The notes below the pieces were generated by a model. That model saw only the letters and a list, made by a program, of their open reading frames with translations. It was not told the DNA's origin and ran no database searches. Of a stretch of 64,000 nt of DNA, positions 1-12,907 are shown in pieces (position 1 is the first letter of the stretch; every line of letters starts with the position of its first letter). Both the position numbers and the translations under genes were made by a program. Source of the stretch: Lepidodermella squamata (lineage: Eukaryota > Animalia > Gastrotricha); the NCBI GenBank assembly GCA_047495785.1, contig JBLDXI010000050.1, positions 186,001-250,000 of the forward strand, read 5' to 3'.

Positions 1-68
1 CTAAATTAATTGACAAATAGCACCAGAGATGATTTTTTGAGATGGGTTAATTGCTGAATAGAAAAGGA

Positions 69-229
69 CAATATGCGGAGTAGGATCCGGGAGCTGAGGT
101 GTTTTCTACTGTCACGCAGCCGAAGAAACCAAAAGGGCCCCCTTGTGGTTTTTCCAGCCTTCCCTCTGGTTGAACCCCCGGAGCTGGGGTGTCTCGCGAC
201 ACCCCGGCACCCCTGCTCTTCTCACCCTG
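69..229. mobile_element. Degenerate copy of hAT-like MITE family (TIR CAG(T/G)GTGCGA)
   Basis: Internal sequence matches copies at 23785-23938 (inverted) and 63734-63878; ends in CACCCTG; the left TIR is decayed. Confidence 0.6.
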
Positions 230-355
230 TCAAAAGATGAAACAGCTCTTTCATTATTCATTTATTTAAGGTGCGCATTATAATCATCATGAATGATTTT
301 GCTGTACAATAACGACAGAGATAAGTTTTTATCAGGTTTTCTCAACTAAATTCCT

Positions 356-1533
356 TCACTTTGGTTCACATTGGTTTTTCCATTTCGACAGCAATAGTGA
401 AACCTTACGTGTCCAACCTGGCCTGAGCATTTGCACGCAAGCTCCTACGGTAGCATGCAAATTAACGCAAATAACGCCTATCTTTTGCAACCAACTTGAG
501 GCATGGTGCGGCCCAAAATCAGTGTAGAACAATTTGAAAACGACTGAGATTAGCGCGGGTGTGTAGGAGGCGCAGAATATTGCAAAAACGACGATGGATT
601 GCTGAGCGAAAAAGATGTCACGATCTCGCCATCTCTCCGCCTTGGACGATCGACCTCGAGCCCTGCTATTCTCACTGTTATCACTTGCCCTCATTTGCAA
701 ATTTAGTTTTCGGATACTTCGAAATATCATGTAGTAATTTTTGGCTAAGAAGTTTAGCGGGATCGTGATGGTGGCCGCGGAAATCAGGAGAAATAGAAGA
801 CCTGAATCAATATTGCCAATCAGCCTGTAAGCCTGTATTGCCAATCAGCCAATCAGGCAGTGCAGATCCAAACTGGGTTGCCATCATTCAACCCTTCAAT
901 CACGATAAATTCATTGAGCCAGATTTGACGAGGCCAGATTGCGACGAAGAAACAACCAATAGTACAAAAGCAGTAGAGGCCAATAACCCATAATATGAGA
1001 CGTTTGGTGCTGGCTTCGTAATTCGGGCTGTTCGAAAGGATACAGAGACGGCGCTCATATGAAATCATAGCGCTAATAAAAATGCCAAAAGCCCCATGGG
1101 AGTATTCAACCCAAAATACGACAGGGCATGTCCAGTAATCCGCTTCCCAGTAGCCTGTTCTAAAAATGACCGCAAGACCGGCAGTGCTGATGAAAGCGAA
1201 AATGATATTTCTAGCACCGTTGATCGCGATCAGCATAAGAAATCCACGTTTTACCTGCCGCTTGTACAAATCGATGCAGCTGGCGATTGTTACTACGGTT
1301 ACGATAGCCAGGGTGATTGCATACATTAGCAAATGAATGAGACGGCCGTTCATTGTGACGTAGTCGAGGTCATGGAACCAGCCGATGAAATGGGGTCTCG
1401 GGTAGTCGTAGCCAGAATCTGGCAGGTAAACGTCAATCCAGCCTCCGTTGATCAGCCGTGCTCTCAAACATGACGAGTTTCCTTGCTGCGCCGTTTCATT
1501 GGTCTGCAATAAATTCGATGTATTGCTGTTCAT
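356..1533 (-). pseudogene. Class A-like 7TM GPCR pseudogene, paralog of 2795-3964
   Basis: ORFs 853-1533 and 356-844 together align with the intact paralog. The frame is broken after WICTA by a short duplication (TATTGCCAATCAGCC at 811-825 and 836-850) that creates a stop. Confidence 0.85.
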
Positions 1534-2794
1534 TTCTGCTTCGAGAAGGCTTTCTTCTGAAAAGCAAACTTTTCAAAAGTAGCACAGTTTCACACAAACT
1601 CCTCGAGACAATCGATAATTTTACCTGCGTGGTCAATGTATCAATATTGGTAATTAAACTCACCCAGCTCATCCCGCACTTCAGTATTAGACCGTCTGAG
1701 TGTATTGAAGCGGCCTCAGCAAATCTCCACACAATTTCTTGTCTATATGATCAAGAGGGCAGCGCTTAAATTCCTTATTTCGGACGTCTCGAACACTGTA
1801 GTTCCTGAGTGCGATGGTTTAATCAAACCGCCCAGGGTTTGTGCGTGATTTCTGTGCTGAATAATTGTCCTGCGGAAACACTGGAATAGCTTATTACCGA
1901 TCTGAATGTAACAAACCTCGTTATTATTTCGTTATTTAGAAATATTTTATTATTTCGAGGGTTTCAACATCGTGATCTATGTTCGCAGCATCATCGAAAT
2001 CTATACATTTTCCCCTGATGGCGCTTTGCAGATCTTGGCTTAAGAGCTCAGAGAACTGTGAGTCTGCAATATCTGCCATTGAATATTAAAGATTCTGAGA
2101 TTGAGGTACATCACATGTCATTGATGAATTACATTTTGTATTTGCCGCTCATCGATCCTTCTTCGCAATCTCTTGCATGCAGGACTAAGGCCCACGTCGA
2201 TCTCTTATTCGCAGAATTGTTCATTAAATTGGCAGAATTGAGAAAGACGTTTAGGAATGGGATGAAGGGAAGATCATTTTCGGCTGAATAATTATTTTTT
2301 CTCATCATTGTCAATGATATTACATATCGTCTCTTACGAAGAAAAGGCCGTACGGCGCACCCGTAACGTCTAAAAAGTTTTGTCTCCATACCCAGGGCCG
2401 GATCATCTTCAGGTGGCATAATTCATGTGGAAATCACGAGAGGATTTCGTGGAAGTGACGTTCAGCTATTGCATTGGGACAATTGCTAAACCTTTTTAAA
2501 AATGACTTCCTATCATTTCGTTTGCAACCATTAAAATTTGTCGAAATCAATAAACATTTTTTTTTAAATATACATATCACTGAGCACCTTTACTCGATGA
2601 ACAACACTAGCGAATATTATTTGTACTGATTTTCCGAGATTAGTTCAGTTATTCAGGTTTAGATTCTTGTTTAGATTAATATGGAACTGTTCACTCAATA
2701 TGTAACGTGCGTACCCCTGAATAACTTTTGCAATAACGATAACAATCAGTTCAAGTTTCTTCAAGCACGTTACATATTGAGTAGCAGAATTTCT

Positions 2795-3964
2795 TCACCT
2801 TGGTTCGCTCTGGATTTTCCATTTCGACAACAGCAATGAAACCTTACGTGTCCAACCAGGTCTGATCATTTGCACGCAAGCTCCGACAATAGCCTGCAAA
2901 TTAATGCAAATTTCACCAATCTTTTGAAACCAGCTTGAGGTATTGCGCGGCCCAAAATCTGTGTAGAAAATTTTGAAGGCGACTGCGAACATTGCGGGTG
3001 TGTATGAGGCGCAGAATATGGTGAAAACCGCGACGGATTGCTGAGCGAAAAAAATGTCACAACTTCGCCATTTTTCTGGCTTTAACGATCGACCCCGAGC
3101 CCTAGTATTCACACTGCTTGATCTTAGACTATCACTAGCCGACATTTGCAGATTGGGATTTCGGATACTTCGAAAAATTATGTAGTAATTTTTGGCTAAG
3201 AAATGTACTGGAATTGTGACGCTGCTTCCGTAGAACAGTAGCAATAGAAAACTTGAATCAAGATCACCCACCAGCCTATATTGGAAGGCAGTGCAGATCC
3301 AAACTGGGTTGCCACCATTCAACCCTTCAATCTCGATAAGTTCATTCCGCCAAATTAGATGAGGCCAGATTCCGATGAAGAAACAAATGGCAGTACAACA
3401 GAAGTAGAGGCCAATGACCCATGCAAGGAGACGTTTCGTACTGGCTTCGTAATTCGGGCTGTTCGAAAGGATGCAGAGACGGCGCTCGTATGAAATCATG
3501 GCGTTCATATAGGTTCCAAAGGCCCCGTTAGCGTATTGTATCCAAAATAGGGCAGTGCATGTCACATGATCTGCTTCCCAGTAGCCTGTTCTAAAATTCA
3601 TCGCAAGACCGAGCACGCAGATTAAAGCGAAAACGACATTTCTAGCACCGTTGATCGCGATCAGCATGAGAAATCCACGTTTTACCTGCCGCTTGTACAA
3701 ATCGACGCAGCTAATGATTGTTACTGCGATTACTAAGAATAGGCTGATCGCAAACATCAGCAAATGAATGAGACGGCCGTTGGTTGTGTCGTAGTCGAGG
3801 TCATGGAACCAGCCGATGAAATGGGGTCTTGGGGCATCGTAGCCCGAGCCAGGCAAGTTAACTTCGATCCAGGCTCCATTTATTAGCCGTGCTTTCAGAC
3901 TCGACGAGTTTCTATGCTGTGTCGTTTCATTGGTCTGCAATAGATTAGACGTATTGCTGTTCAT
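2795..3964 (-). CDS. Intronless orphan class A (rhodopsin-like) GPCR, 389 aa
   Basis: About seven hydrophobic segments, N-terminal N-glycosylation sequons, Cys at the start of TM3 and in ECL2, a DRY-like ISYERR motif and a TM6 FCASYTP motif. Confidence 0.8.
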   Translation of the reverse strand: MNSNTSNLLQTNETTQHRNSSSLKARLINGAWIEVNLPGSGYDAPRPHFIGWFHDLDYDTTNGRLIHLLMFAISLFLVIAVTIISCVDLYKRQVKRGFLMLIAINGARNVVFALICVLGLAMNFRTGYWEADHVTCTALFWIQYANGAFGTYMNAMISYERRLCILSNSPNYEASTKRLLAWVIGLYFCCTAICFFIGIWPHLIWRNELIEIEGLNGGNPVWICTAFQYRLVGDLDSSFLLLLFYGSSVTIPVHFLAKNYYIIFRSIRNPNLQMSASDSLRSSSVNTRARGRSLKPEKWRSCDIFFAQQSVAVFTIFCASYTPAMFAVAFKIFYTDFGPRNTSSWFQKIGEICINLQAIVGACVQMIRPGWTRKVSLLLSKWKIQSEPR

Positions 3965-5090
3965 TCCTGCACGATATTATGATTTTGTTTTGAAAAGCAA
4001 ACTGACAATTTCGAAAGCAGTACAGTCTTCAAGACAATCGATAATTTCACATGCGTAGTCAATTTATTAATATTGGTAATTAAATATAATACAGGTATAC
4101 TGCTGTGTAACTTCATTGCTTTGTAATATGTTTGATGTAAAGCTGCATCCCTGCTACGAGGGGCGAACTAACAATTTCAAGAAGCAGTGCAGTTATATAC
4201 AAGCTCTTCTCGACAATCTAAAATTTTACTTGAGTAGTCTATGTATCAATATTGGTAATTAAAGGCATAAATTATTCTCGCAGTCATTTAGCACATCCCG
4301 CACTTCAGCATGTGAACCTCCGCGTATATTATTTCGCGATGAAAAAACTTCAACATTCTCCCATACAACATTTCCTGCGCACAAGATCGAAGGGGCAGCT
4401 CTAATTTTGGACAGCGCACTAATTCGGTGGCGACGCCATTCAAAGGCAACCTTACCGTTTGAAATCGGCCAAACTCGTTGAACTGATTTTGAATCCTAAT
4501 GGAACGGGAATGATGGCGCTCCAACATGGCGGGTTTGGCCTTGGGTAGGGTCGAAACGAGGGTTGGTTAAGCGGCACACATAATGAATCCATTTCCTGAT
4601 TTATAATGAGATCTTCAAACTACAGTAGGGGCTCGTTTGATTGGCCCGACCGGCAATCTCAAGCAACTCAAGCCCCCAGTAGGTTAGGCTTATTTGACAT
4701 TTGTGATTATTTAGGGTTCTGCTGCGGATCGCCGACGGTATGAGTTTCTCAATTTTCGTATTTCATGCTCACTAAATTTTACTTATAATAGGTTTATTAA
4801 TGCCCGAAAATTGTTACTCAAAGCGACGCGTCAGTTCAGAGGTGGAAAAAATGTCGAAACCAGACGTAATTGAGACAAGAATTGAGATGGAGAAGAAACA
4901 CGATAGCAGTTAGTATGAAAAATAACAACGTAATATGAACAAAGGGAGAATTACAATGAATTAGTTGTGAATCAAGTGCTGGTGTGCACTTATTGAATTC
5001 TTCAGTATTCTTCACGCCAGATTAAAGTTGAAAGGTGAACCTATGATGAAGCACCAACGATGCACGCATCACGCATATATTTGAAAGGTT

Positions 5091-6283
5091 TCAGGATAAC
5101 ATCTGCGAGAAAAGCATTGCGTCAATGACCATCACCGCGAGAACTGCCAATGCAGCGATTGCCAAATCCAGCATACGATTGAGCGGCAATGTCAGGGATT
5201 TGCTCAATTTGAAAACTTTGGTTTTCACAGAATCCGAGATACTCGGGCTCAAGCAACTATAGGCCGTAATTATGACAGCTGCAACAAATTTAGCTGCCAC
5301 CATGTATACCAGATAGACGTGGTCTGACGTTGTCGGCATCATGTCAAAAATAAGGGTAAGAAATACGACGTAAGACAGAACGACGGTAACGCAAAATGCT
5401 GATTGGTCCCTGTTAACCGGCTCAGCTATCAAGGAAACGACTTGAAGAATGAAAAGGGTGATGGTTGGTACAAAGATGTTGCAGACGTAGTAGCTACTTT
5501 TGCGGCGAAATTGTCATGTCGAATTGTCATGTTGACTCGGTCAGCCCTGTAGTCACCATTATCGTGCTCAGATAAATAGGTGTTATTTTCCAAGGGCTCA
5601 AGGAGCGACCATATATCAGTGTCTACGATAAAAGCATTCTTAGCTGCCATGTCGATTTCGAATCTCTCAAGATAGAGCCATGCACCCCTGTAAACATCAT
5701 TGGATTCGAAAACCAGCGAGCAGGCTTGTGTATCGAAGGGGAATTGGCGGTAGCTGAAAGCAGTGCAGGATACGTCGAATCGGTCGAAAACGGCATAATA
5801 CATTTGAGATAACTCTGGACGTAATGGAAAGACCCAGACCTGGTCACTGAATTTACGAGTGAAAGCAGGCGATTCGAAAGCCGTCAAATGGGAGATCCCT
5901 GGCGTCCATATATCAAAGGCTGGGATGGAGAAATGGAAATGCAACTGTCCACTGTCCGGGATGTTGCATTCTCTCTCGGACAGCAAATCTGTACAATTCG
6001 GAGTTTCACATGGCAGTCCCCATTCCATAATCATTAGCGCAAGTAGAGACAGCTTTTGCTCCACATCGTCGATTCCCACGAAACGATGGAGGAACATCCT
6101 TATAGTAACGAAAACCGGAGAGGTGTCATTGTTATGAACCGCTTGCTCTGTAGGCAGGCTTTTCGAACGGACTGCCGGGCAATATTCATTGAATTTGGCC
6201 TCTAATTTCTCAGTAGTTGACCAATTGGCTGCTCCTATCGACGAGAGCTTAACCACGAAAAGCAGGAATATCGAAGATTTCAT
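5091..6283 (-). pseudogene. Intronless divergent Cys-loop ligand-gated ion channel subunit, frameshifted
   Basis: Signal peptide, IDDVEQKL, WTP and Cys-loop CTAFSYRQFPFDTQAC. Duplication of AATTGTCATGT (5509-5519/5522-5532) shifts the frame just before RRKSSYYV-M1; M1-M4 continue in the frame of ORF 5091-5432. Confidence 0.85.
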
Positions 6284-7369
6284 GAGTCATATAATATAAC
6301 AAGAGATGGTAGGCTGAAATGAATCTGAGAATCGCCGCAGTCAGATTCGGAAAATCCAACTGTCAACGCGGCGCCGTCGAGACAAATTTCCTGTACATTG
6401 TTTGCTTGCGTGGGGATTCATTCCCACCATAACAATCAAAATAAAGATGTTGCCGCAGTCCCCATGCAAATGCTCATTTCCTTAGCCACTTCATAATATT
6501 TTGCGTCAACTCGAGGAAAATGGGGCGAATCAATCCAACAAGCGATGTTCATAAAGTCTACGCTTCCAACATTACTTGAGCAGTGATTAAGCGTTCGGGT
6601 ACAGCGCATTGCAAGCTGTTTCATTCCGAGTCGGCAGTTAGGCCCGAGCAAACCCTGCCAATCTAAGTCTTTGAATTGTCTGCGGTTTCCGCCCGCTAAC
6701 GCATTTAGCGTGGATCTGGTACCAAAAGAAAGCTATGACATTTTGCATCGATCCTATTAAATCCATTTTAGTAACTGAGGACGCGCGATTCACGATGGTG
6801 CAAGCTCTTAAAGTTTTAAAATTCGTAATTTTCGAGGAAATCTTTTTTGATACAGCTTCAAAATTCAGGTTGAATAGAGCGATTCTTCAGCCTGATCATC
6901 AGTTCAATGTTGCCGGATGGCAAAGTAGATTGCAAAAGCTTTGAATGTCTCGGAATTTCTAGGCTGCACCTCTTTGTCGGCACTCTGATATTCTTTGTAG
7001 TGTCGCCTGGGCTTGCATTTCGGAAACTACGATCATTCGGAGCTGTGCGATTCATGAATTTCATCGTTGAAAGTAATGGAGACGAAGTGCCAGAAATTAT
7101 TGATTATTTGAGTAGGAATATTTTGCGCAATAAACGAAATGCTGCAGTTTCCTTCCTGATCACCTCTCTACATTGCAATGGTACATCCTTGGTGCTCGCA
7201 GAATGTGATTTAATCAGACGTGTCAAAACTATCAAGCCAACTTGAGGATGTGCTCAGACAGCAAAAAGCATCTGAAACGTCAAATTTAGCTTTCCTTTTT
7301 GGGTAAGAGTTAGAGTAGTAGAGCTAATTCAGTAAGAGTTGGATTTAACAAAGCTAATAAACTAAATAA

Positions 7370-9688
7370 ATGTGTCAGCGAGATTACGAAGAATTTATCC
7401 AGAATCCAAGTTGCACATTCAACAACAACATGCTGCAAATGCAAGTTTTTCTAATTTTACTCATTGCTACAACGATAGCAGCTTATCAGAACAAAACGAA
7501 GCTGTTATTGCTGAATTTTCAGCCTTATATCGGTATGGACCCTAGCACAGCCGCATCAACGGCTCTCACCAGTCAGTTTATCGTCGACATAGCTAACAGC
7601 CGAAGTGATATTCTACCCGAATACGACGTCGAACTCATTTCTTACGATGAAGTTCGAGGGACTTTCACTCCGAAACAGGTCTTTGATTTCTTGCGATATG
7701 AAGCTTCACCAAACGAAGTGAAGGCTCCTATCATGGTTGGCCCTGCATTTTCAACCGGTTGCAAGGCCGTTTCGCCGTTCCTACAGCAAATCAACATGAT
7801 CGCCTGGAGCAATTTATGCGCAGCAATGTCTTTCGATGATCGTAAAGCGAATCCATTGCTCCATATCTCGGTTACAACATCGCGACTCGCCCTGCTTTCA
7901 ATCGCGGTTTTCATCAAAAAAATTGGGAAGTGGCGAGATTATGGAATTGTAACAAACTCAGCGAATGTAAACGATTACACACTTGCTTATCTGCTCTATG
8001 AAAAATCTGCCCAACTCGGCTTGACGATGCCATATTTCAACATTTTGAATAACGAAGTCACGTCAGAAGACATTCAAACGCTAAAGAAGAGCGGGCTACG
8101 CGTCATAGCAATATCGATATCAACACCGCCATTGGTGAACCAGTTTTTATGTGAAGCCCATAGAGCTGGTCTAACTGGCCCTAGGTATGTCTTCTTCTTT
8201 CAGATGGGTGGCTTCGCACCAACGTCGCCAAGCTCGTGTTCGCAGCGAGTTATTTTGGAACTAATGAGCAATTCGTTTATTGTTGGCCCTGTGGATCTTG
8301 GCGAGACCCGAAGGCCTAGCGATCTAGGAATCGACTCTCAAGCTCTTTACAGTGTGATTAAACGTAATTTGGGCTCGTTACCTCAAAATATGATATTTCC
8401 CCACATGGAGCATGACGCGGTTACTGGCGTTATTCTAGCTCTCAATCGAACTGACGATAGGCTGAGACGTAATTTCGGCATCAGCTTGATCGACTACGAT
8501 AAATTCCCGGAATTGGTTGCTAGCCAAGCCCATCGAGCTTTATTAGAGTCGGATTATTACGGACTTACAGGTCGAAAAACTTTCAGCCCCGAGGGACATT
8601 TCCAAGGTGACCCAATGGGGTTGAATGCCTTCAACACGAAACTCGGAATCTATCCTGTGATTCGCGGGGTTCAACTCAAACCAGGCAGCTTTGAAGTAAA
8701 CGAATTTGACGTCGAGCCTTTACGAGCAATCAATTGGCCGCTTGGCTCGCCCCCAAAAGATCGGGCAACTCTCCACCTAATCATCGAGGAAACTTCCCTA
8801 GCTACTCAAACCACAATATACATATTGGCTGTTGGGCTTTCGATCGTCGAAATCCTGGCTGTATTCCTCCTCAAAGGCCGATTTCAAATTTCGAACATTG
8901 CCGGAACTTGCGGCTGCGTTATGATAAATGCTTCAGCATGTTTAGGCGTAAGCGAGGATGTTCCATTTATTTCTTCAATATTCCTTGCTATAATTGGTGG
9001 ATCGTTGACGTTCGCGACTACAACCTCTCGGCTTCACCTAATCCAGCGTCACATTCGAGGTCAAATCGAGGCATATTACGCTGGGCTGTTTCAAAAAATG
9101 GCTCTGGATCACAACATAGGCGGTCTATCTCCAGCTAGCAAATATATCGGCAGTTTAACTCATGCTTCGATCGGGGTTTCATCGAGCGCTTGGAAAAGCA
9201 TTGGCCGCAAAACAGCTCTGGCTACGGGATTCTGCTTCTTTTGGATGACTTCCCTATCTATCACATGGATTTGCATACAGAGCTTCGTATGCGCTCTCGA
9301 ACTAAACAGCGAGCCATTTTACGATGAAATCAAGGATGAAATTGTCGAAAACAAGTCGATCTACTGCCGCGAATCTGGCCCTGCATCCTGGGGCTTGCTC
9401 GGAATCATTGGTGCAGCGATTTTCCTGATGCTATTCAGCTCTTTGCTGCCAACTTATCAACTGAGCCACGTGAAGGGGCTGGACGAGCTGAAGCCGCTGT
9501 ATATCGGGGCCTGTGCCTCAATGACCTTGTATCCGGCTCTGATTTTGATTGCAGTCCTAACAATGGGACAGCCAGTGACTGAGAGAACTGCGGTTTCTTT
9601 CGGCTTGCTGATCATTTCTGGCGTGAGTTCTGTCGGTTGGCATTTGCGATGGAAAGCAAAGTTGAGACTGCGTCGATCAACAAAATAA
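7370..9688 (+). CDS. Intronless class C GPCR-like protein (Venus-flytrap/ANF-receptor domain + 7TM, GABA-B-like architecture)
   Basis: Signal peptide (start probably ~7430-7440), IANSRSDILPEYDVEL and VGPAFSTGC motifs, YYGLTGRKTF, WPLGSPPKD, no Cys-rich domain, seven hydrophobic segments and a short C-tail. Confidence 0.85.
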   Translation: MCQRDYEEFIQNPSCTFNNNMLQMQVFLILLIATTIAAYQNKTKLLLLNFQPYIGMDPSTAASTALTSQFIVDIANSRSDILPEYDVELISYDEVRGTFTPKQVFDFLRYEASPNEVKAPIMVGPAFSTGCKAVSPFLQQINMIAWSNLCAAMSFDDRKANPLLHISVTTSRLALLSIAVFIKKIGKWRDYGIVTNSANVNDYTLAYLLYEKSAQLGLTMPYFNILNNEVTSEDIQTLKKSGLRVIAISISTPPLVNQFLCEAHRAGLTGPRYVFFFQMGGFAPTSPSSCSQRVILELMSNSFIVGPVDLGETRRPSDLGIDSQALYSVIKRNLGSLPQNMIFPHMEHDAVTGVILALNRTDDRLRRNFGISLIDYDKFPELVASQAHRALLESDYYGLTGRKTFSPEGHFQGDPMGLNAFNTKLGIYPVIRGVQLKPGSFEVNEFDVEPLRAINWPLGSPPKDRATLHLIIEETSLATQTTIYILAVGLSIVEILAVFLLKGRFQISNIAGTCGCVMINASACLGVSEDVPFISSIFLAIIGGSLTFATTTSRLHLIQRHIRGQIEAYYAGLFQKMALDHNIGGLSPASKYIGSLTHASIGVSSSAWKSIGRKTALATGFCFFWMTSLSITWICIQSFVCALELNSEPFYDEIKDEIVENKSIYCRESGPASWGLLGIIGAAIFLMLFSSLLPTYQLSHVKGLDELKPLYIGACASMTLYPALILIAVLTMGQPVTERTAVSFGLLIISGVSSVGWHLRWKAKLRLRRSTK

Positions 9689-9904
9689 TGCCAACGGAGA
9701 TGTTGGAAGCTTGATTGTATGAAGAATGTTGGTGCAAATGACTGATAAAATAATGAAATGATGAATAAACCCATCCCGGAAACCTCACACATAAATTCAA
9801 AAGATTCTGCCAACATATTGGCGAGGCGAATCACTCCAAACGTTTTATTCACTATTAAATGATTCTAACACTATTTTGAGCAGTAAAGACGTCACAATAA
9901 CATG

Positions 9905-11220
9905 TTAATATTCCGTCGGCCAATATTGTTGGTTGTTGCCGAGAAAATCGCTCCACATACGACTCCACGAACAGCTCGAATACTCGATTGTGTAAGCGTT
10001 CGGAAACAGTGCCTTGCAAGCCGTTTCATTCTGCGTCGGCAGCTGGCCCGAGCAAACCTTGCCGATCTCAGTCTTGTAATCGCGCCAGTGGTAAGGGTGG
10101 ATCAAAGCCGGCGGTAGGAAAGCCAGATCGTAGACGGTCGCCGAGCAGTTGCGAGGCGTGCCTTGTGTCCTCGGTGTTTTATCAGTCATGGCTTGCTTCA
10201 TCTTCGAATAGGTCAAAATGGCGTTGTAGAACGCAACGGGGCCGGTTTTGAACTCTGGCCGGATGTTGAACGGGTATTTGTCATGCATGTGGATCGATTG
10301 GATGAGCGCAACCAGCCAGAACGGGTGATCCCGTTGCGCCATCAGGAAATTTGCTGGGATGTTGTTCTTGTCGCGGCAAGTGTCCAGACTGAGGTAGCTT
10401 GCTGTCACTGGGCGAGTTGCGTTCTCCAGTAGGGCGTCGATTGACCGCAGAGGTTCGATGTCCAAGTCGGCATACACGCCGCCGTAGCGATGCATTTGAA
10501 AAAAGTGACTGATATCAGACTTCATAATGCCAACCGGGAAAGAGTCGTATGTCTTCAAGAACCAGGTATAATGCCTGAAATTGGAAAAGATATAAAAAAT
10601 AGAATATTTGATTGAAAATCTCAAAAGCAAATTTTAGATCATTTTTTATTTTTCAATGATAAATATAATTTTTATAATTAAAATTTAAAATTAATTTTTA
10701 TAAATAGTAAATTTGATAAATTTTATTTTATTTGTAAAAATGAGTTGAAAAAATTATCGAAAAATCCGAGAATTTATAAATAAAAAAATGATAAAAAAAT
10801 TAGGTACCTTGCTACCAGATTTCTGTTGTCATTGTCGGTCCATAAATGATGAGTCCAGGTAGGATGAAGATCCAGCCAAGCTTTCCGATATCTTTTGTAC
10901 TTCTCCGGTAAACTGTGGCTGTCCTTCCAGGTCTGATGAAGAATTTTCGGGATTTTGTATTTGCCACTGGATATCAGCTTCACAGCCCGAAGCTTCGCAT
11001 CCAACTTGTCGAATTCTTCAAATTCCGACTTTGAAGCTGTCGTGGCGATATCAGGCAAGCGGCTGCTAGTTCGCAGTAGCGATGAGACTAGAGATTCATA
11101 CTCGGCTTGAGATCGTTCTTGTAAGGCTTGATTCTTCAGGAGGACGAGCAAACAAATTGTAACAACAACACTGTAGGCAATCAAAACTGGCCCCAGCTTC
11201 TTCGATTGCCGTTGGTGCAT
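9905..11220 (-). CDS. GT32 (DxD, OCH1/SUR1-like) glycosyltransferase, type II membrane; exons 10808-11220 and 9905-10574
   Basis: N-terminal TM anchor, KIPKILHQTWK, HHLWTD and YGGVYADLD motifs. The AT-rich GT-AG intron 10575-10807 joins the two ORFs in frame. Confidence 0.88.
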
Positions 11221-11394
11221 TTCTGGTAATAATCCTATAAAAAAGTTCGAGAGAAACAATATTAAGGCAAAAATACAGCCGATATAACTTTTTGTGCGAT
11301 TTTTAGAAAAATATCAATTCATTTTTTCAAAGACGGCGCGTGCTTTATTCCCATTCATCTGTTTTCCAGCGTAAACAGTTTCATTGAATAAAAA

Positions 11395-12907
11395 TCAGGC
11401 TTGAAATAATAACATTATCAAGAGAAACACCCAGTTTATAGATAGAACGAAAGCCGAATTCTTAGATTTCGGCGCTGATGGGTTCTGATTTTTCGGTTCG
11501 ACCCTTGATGTTTGCATGATAGCTGGCCCCTCAGTTGGGCTATCCATTCTCAGTAGATTTACCTGCCCTAATCGAGAAGCTGCCATTTGGCTGAACAGCT
11601 CAATCGCTTTCTCTTTGATAGTCTGCAGAACAGTAACAACCTTTGTCGCAATTTGTTCTTCGGTCAGTTGCGTCAAACTCCGCAGAGCCACTATGTAATC
11701 CGCAATCACACTGCCTTTCCTGAAGTTTACGATCCTAATGTTAGCTACCGAGCCATTCAGACCAAGTGCTGTCCGATTCATTAGTTCCATTAGGCCTGGC
11801 ATCATGTAGTCTGACAGCGCTTTGAATGTTCCAGAAGCTGGGTTATTCAGGTCAGGATTCCAAGGATCGGTCACGATAACCAGTTGCTGCCGTAGGGCTG
11901 CTGTACACTTTGATCTGGTAAAGGTAGGCAGGTAGCAAATCAGGAAGGAGAAGGAAAGTCCAAACATTTGGATTCACAAGGTCCACAACGAAATAATCGT
12001 TGAACCTCTGGATAACCAGCTTATTGCCATTGCTTGTATCGTATCGAACAGCTATATTGACCTTGTCCGAATTATTGACAGAAATTAGCCAGCCTGGTTT
12101 TGTCATTTTGAACATGAAACCTAACGAGTAAGACTGCCGGCCAGGTCCTAGTGCGTCGCTAGCTTCTAGGTAACTACCGCGTGACCCATTCAATCGGTAG
12201 CCGGTTCGAGTTTGATTCCCGACCGGGGTTTCAAGCCCAAGAAATCCTTGCATTTGAAAAGGGGGCACATCAGGAACTTCGGATGTTAGATTGGTCTCGT
12301 AAGTTAACGGCCAAAACGCTTTTAGTTTCGATACGCTGCTAATTTGAGGTTGGCCGCAGGTTATAGATCCACTAGGTAACCATTGCCCATTAAGGCAGCT
12401 CATGTCTGAATAGAAACCATTAGCGCAAATTGGCCGAAGTACTGTATTCGATGGTTTCCAGTTGTTATTTGGTGCAGCTGGGCCACTCCAAGTTCCCAAA
12501 GCCGAGCTAGCCAAGTTCCCAATAGCTCCATTCGCAGAACCCCCTTTGCATTGAGCCACTGATGTTCCTGCTTTGACATCAAGAGTCAAATGAATTACAT
12601 GCGGTAAATTGTGCGAATTCTTACCGAAATCGTTGCAACTTTGGACTGACATCGACCACCAGCCACCATCTAAGCATTTTATAGTTGTGGCATTCGTTGT
12701 TGACGAGCAATTTAGCAAAATCTCGGTTCCGACTGGAAAAGTTTTATTTCCATTTGTTACGAAACTATAGGAGCCATGTCGTATTGCCATGCTGTATAAG
12801 CCCGTTAAATTGGTATCAGTTGATGCGTTCCAGTTACATATCTCAGTCGCTGATGTTTCAGAGGCTATAAAAACGAATGTTAAGATGGTGAGCTTTAAAG
12901 GCTTCAT
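11395..12907 (-). pseudogene. Sushi-LamG-lectin-SEA family copy 1, internally deleted and frameshifted
   Basis: Sequence jumps from LamG WTFLL directly to the end of the lectin domain (PAYLYQIKVY), then to SEA (RQQLVIVTDPW) in another frame. SEA motif FRKGSVIADY and the hydrophobic tail are retained. Confidence 0.75.

Noticed and set aside
5429-5535. Programmed frameshifting in the split channel, GPCR and copy 8 ORFs
   Set aside because: No slippery site; each break coincides with a local duplication, and intact paralogs of the GPCR and copy 8 lack it.
6436-7245. Short ORFs here, at 2058-2419 and at 25460-25962
   Set aside because: No recognisable motifs or consistent splice structure.
12570-12623. 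Extra peptide KNSHNLPHVIHLTLDVK in ORFs 11852-12907 and 29290-30036
   Set aside because: It is a 54-nt in-frame GT-AG intron at the same position as intron 1 in the paralogs.
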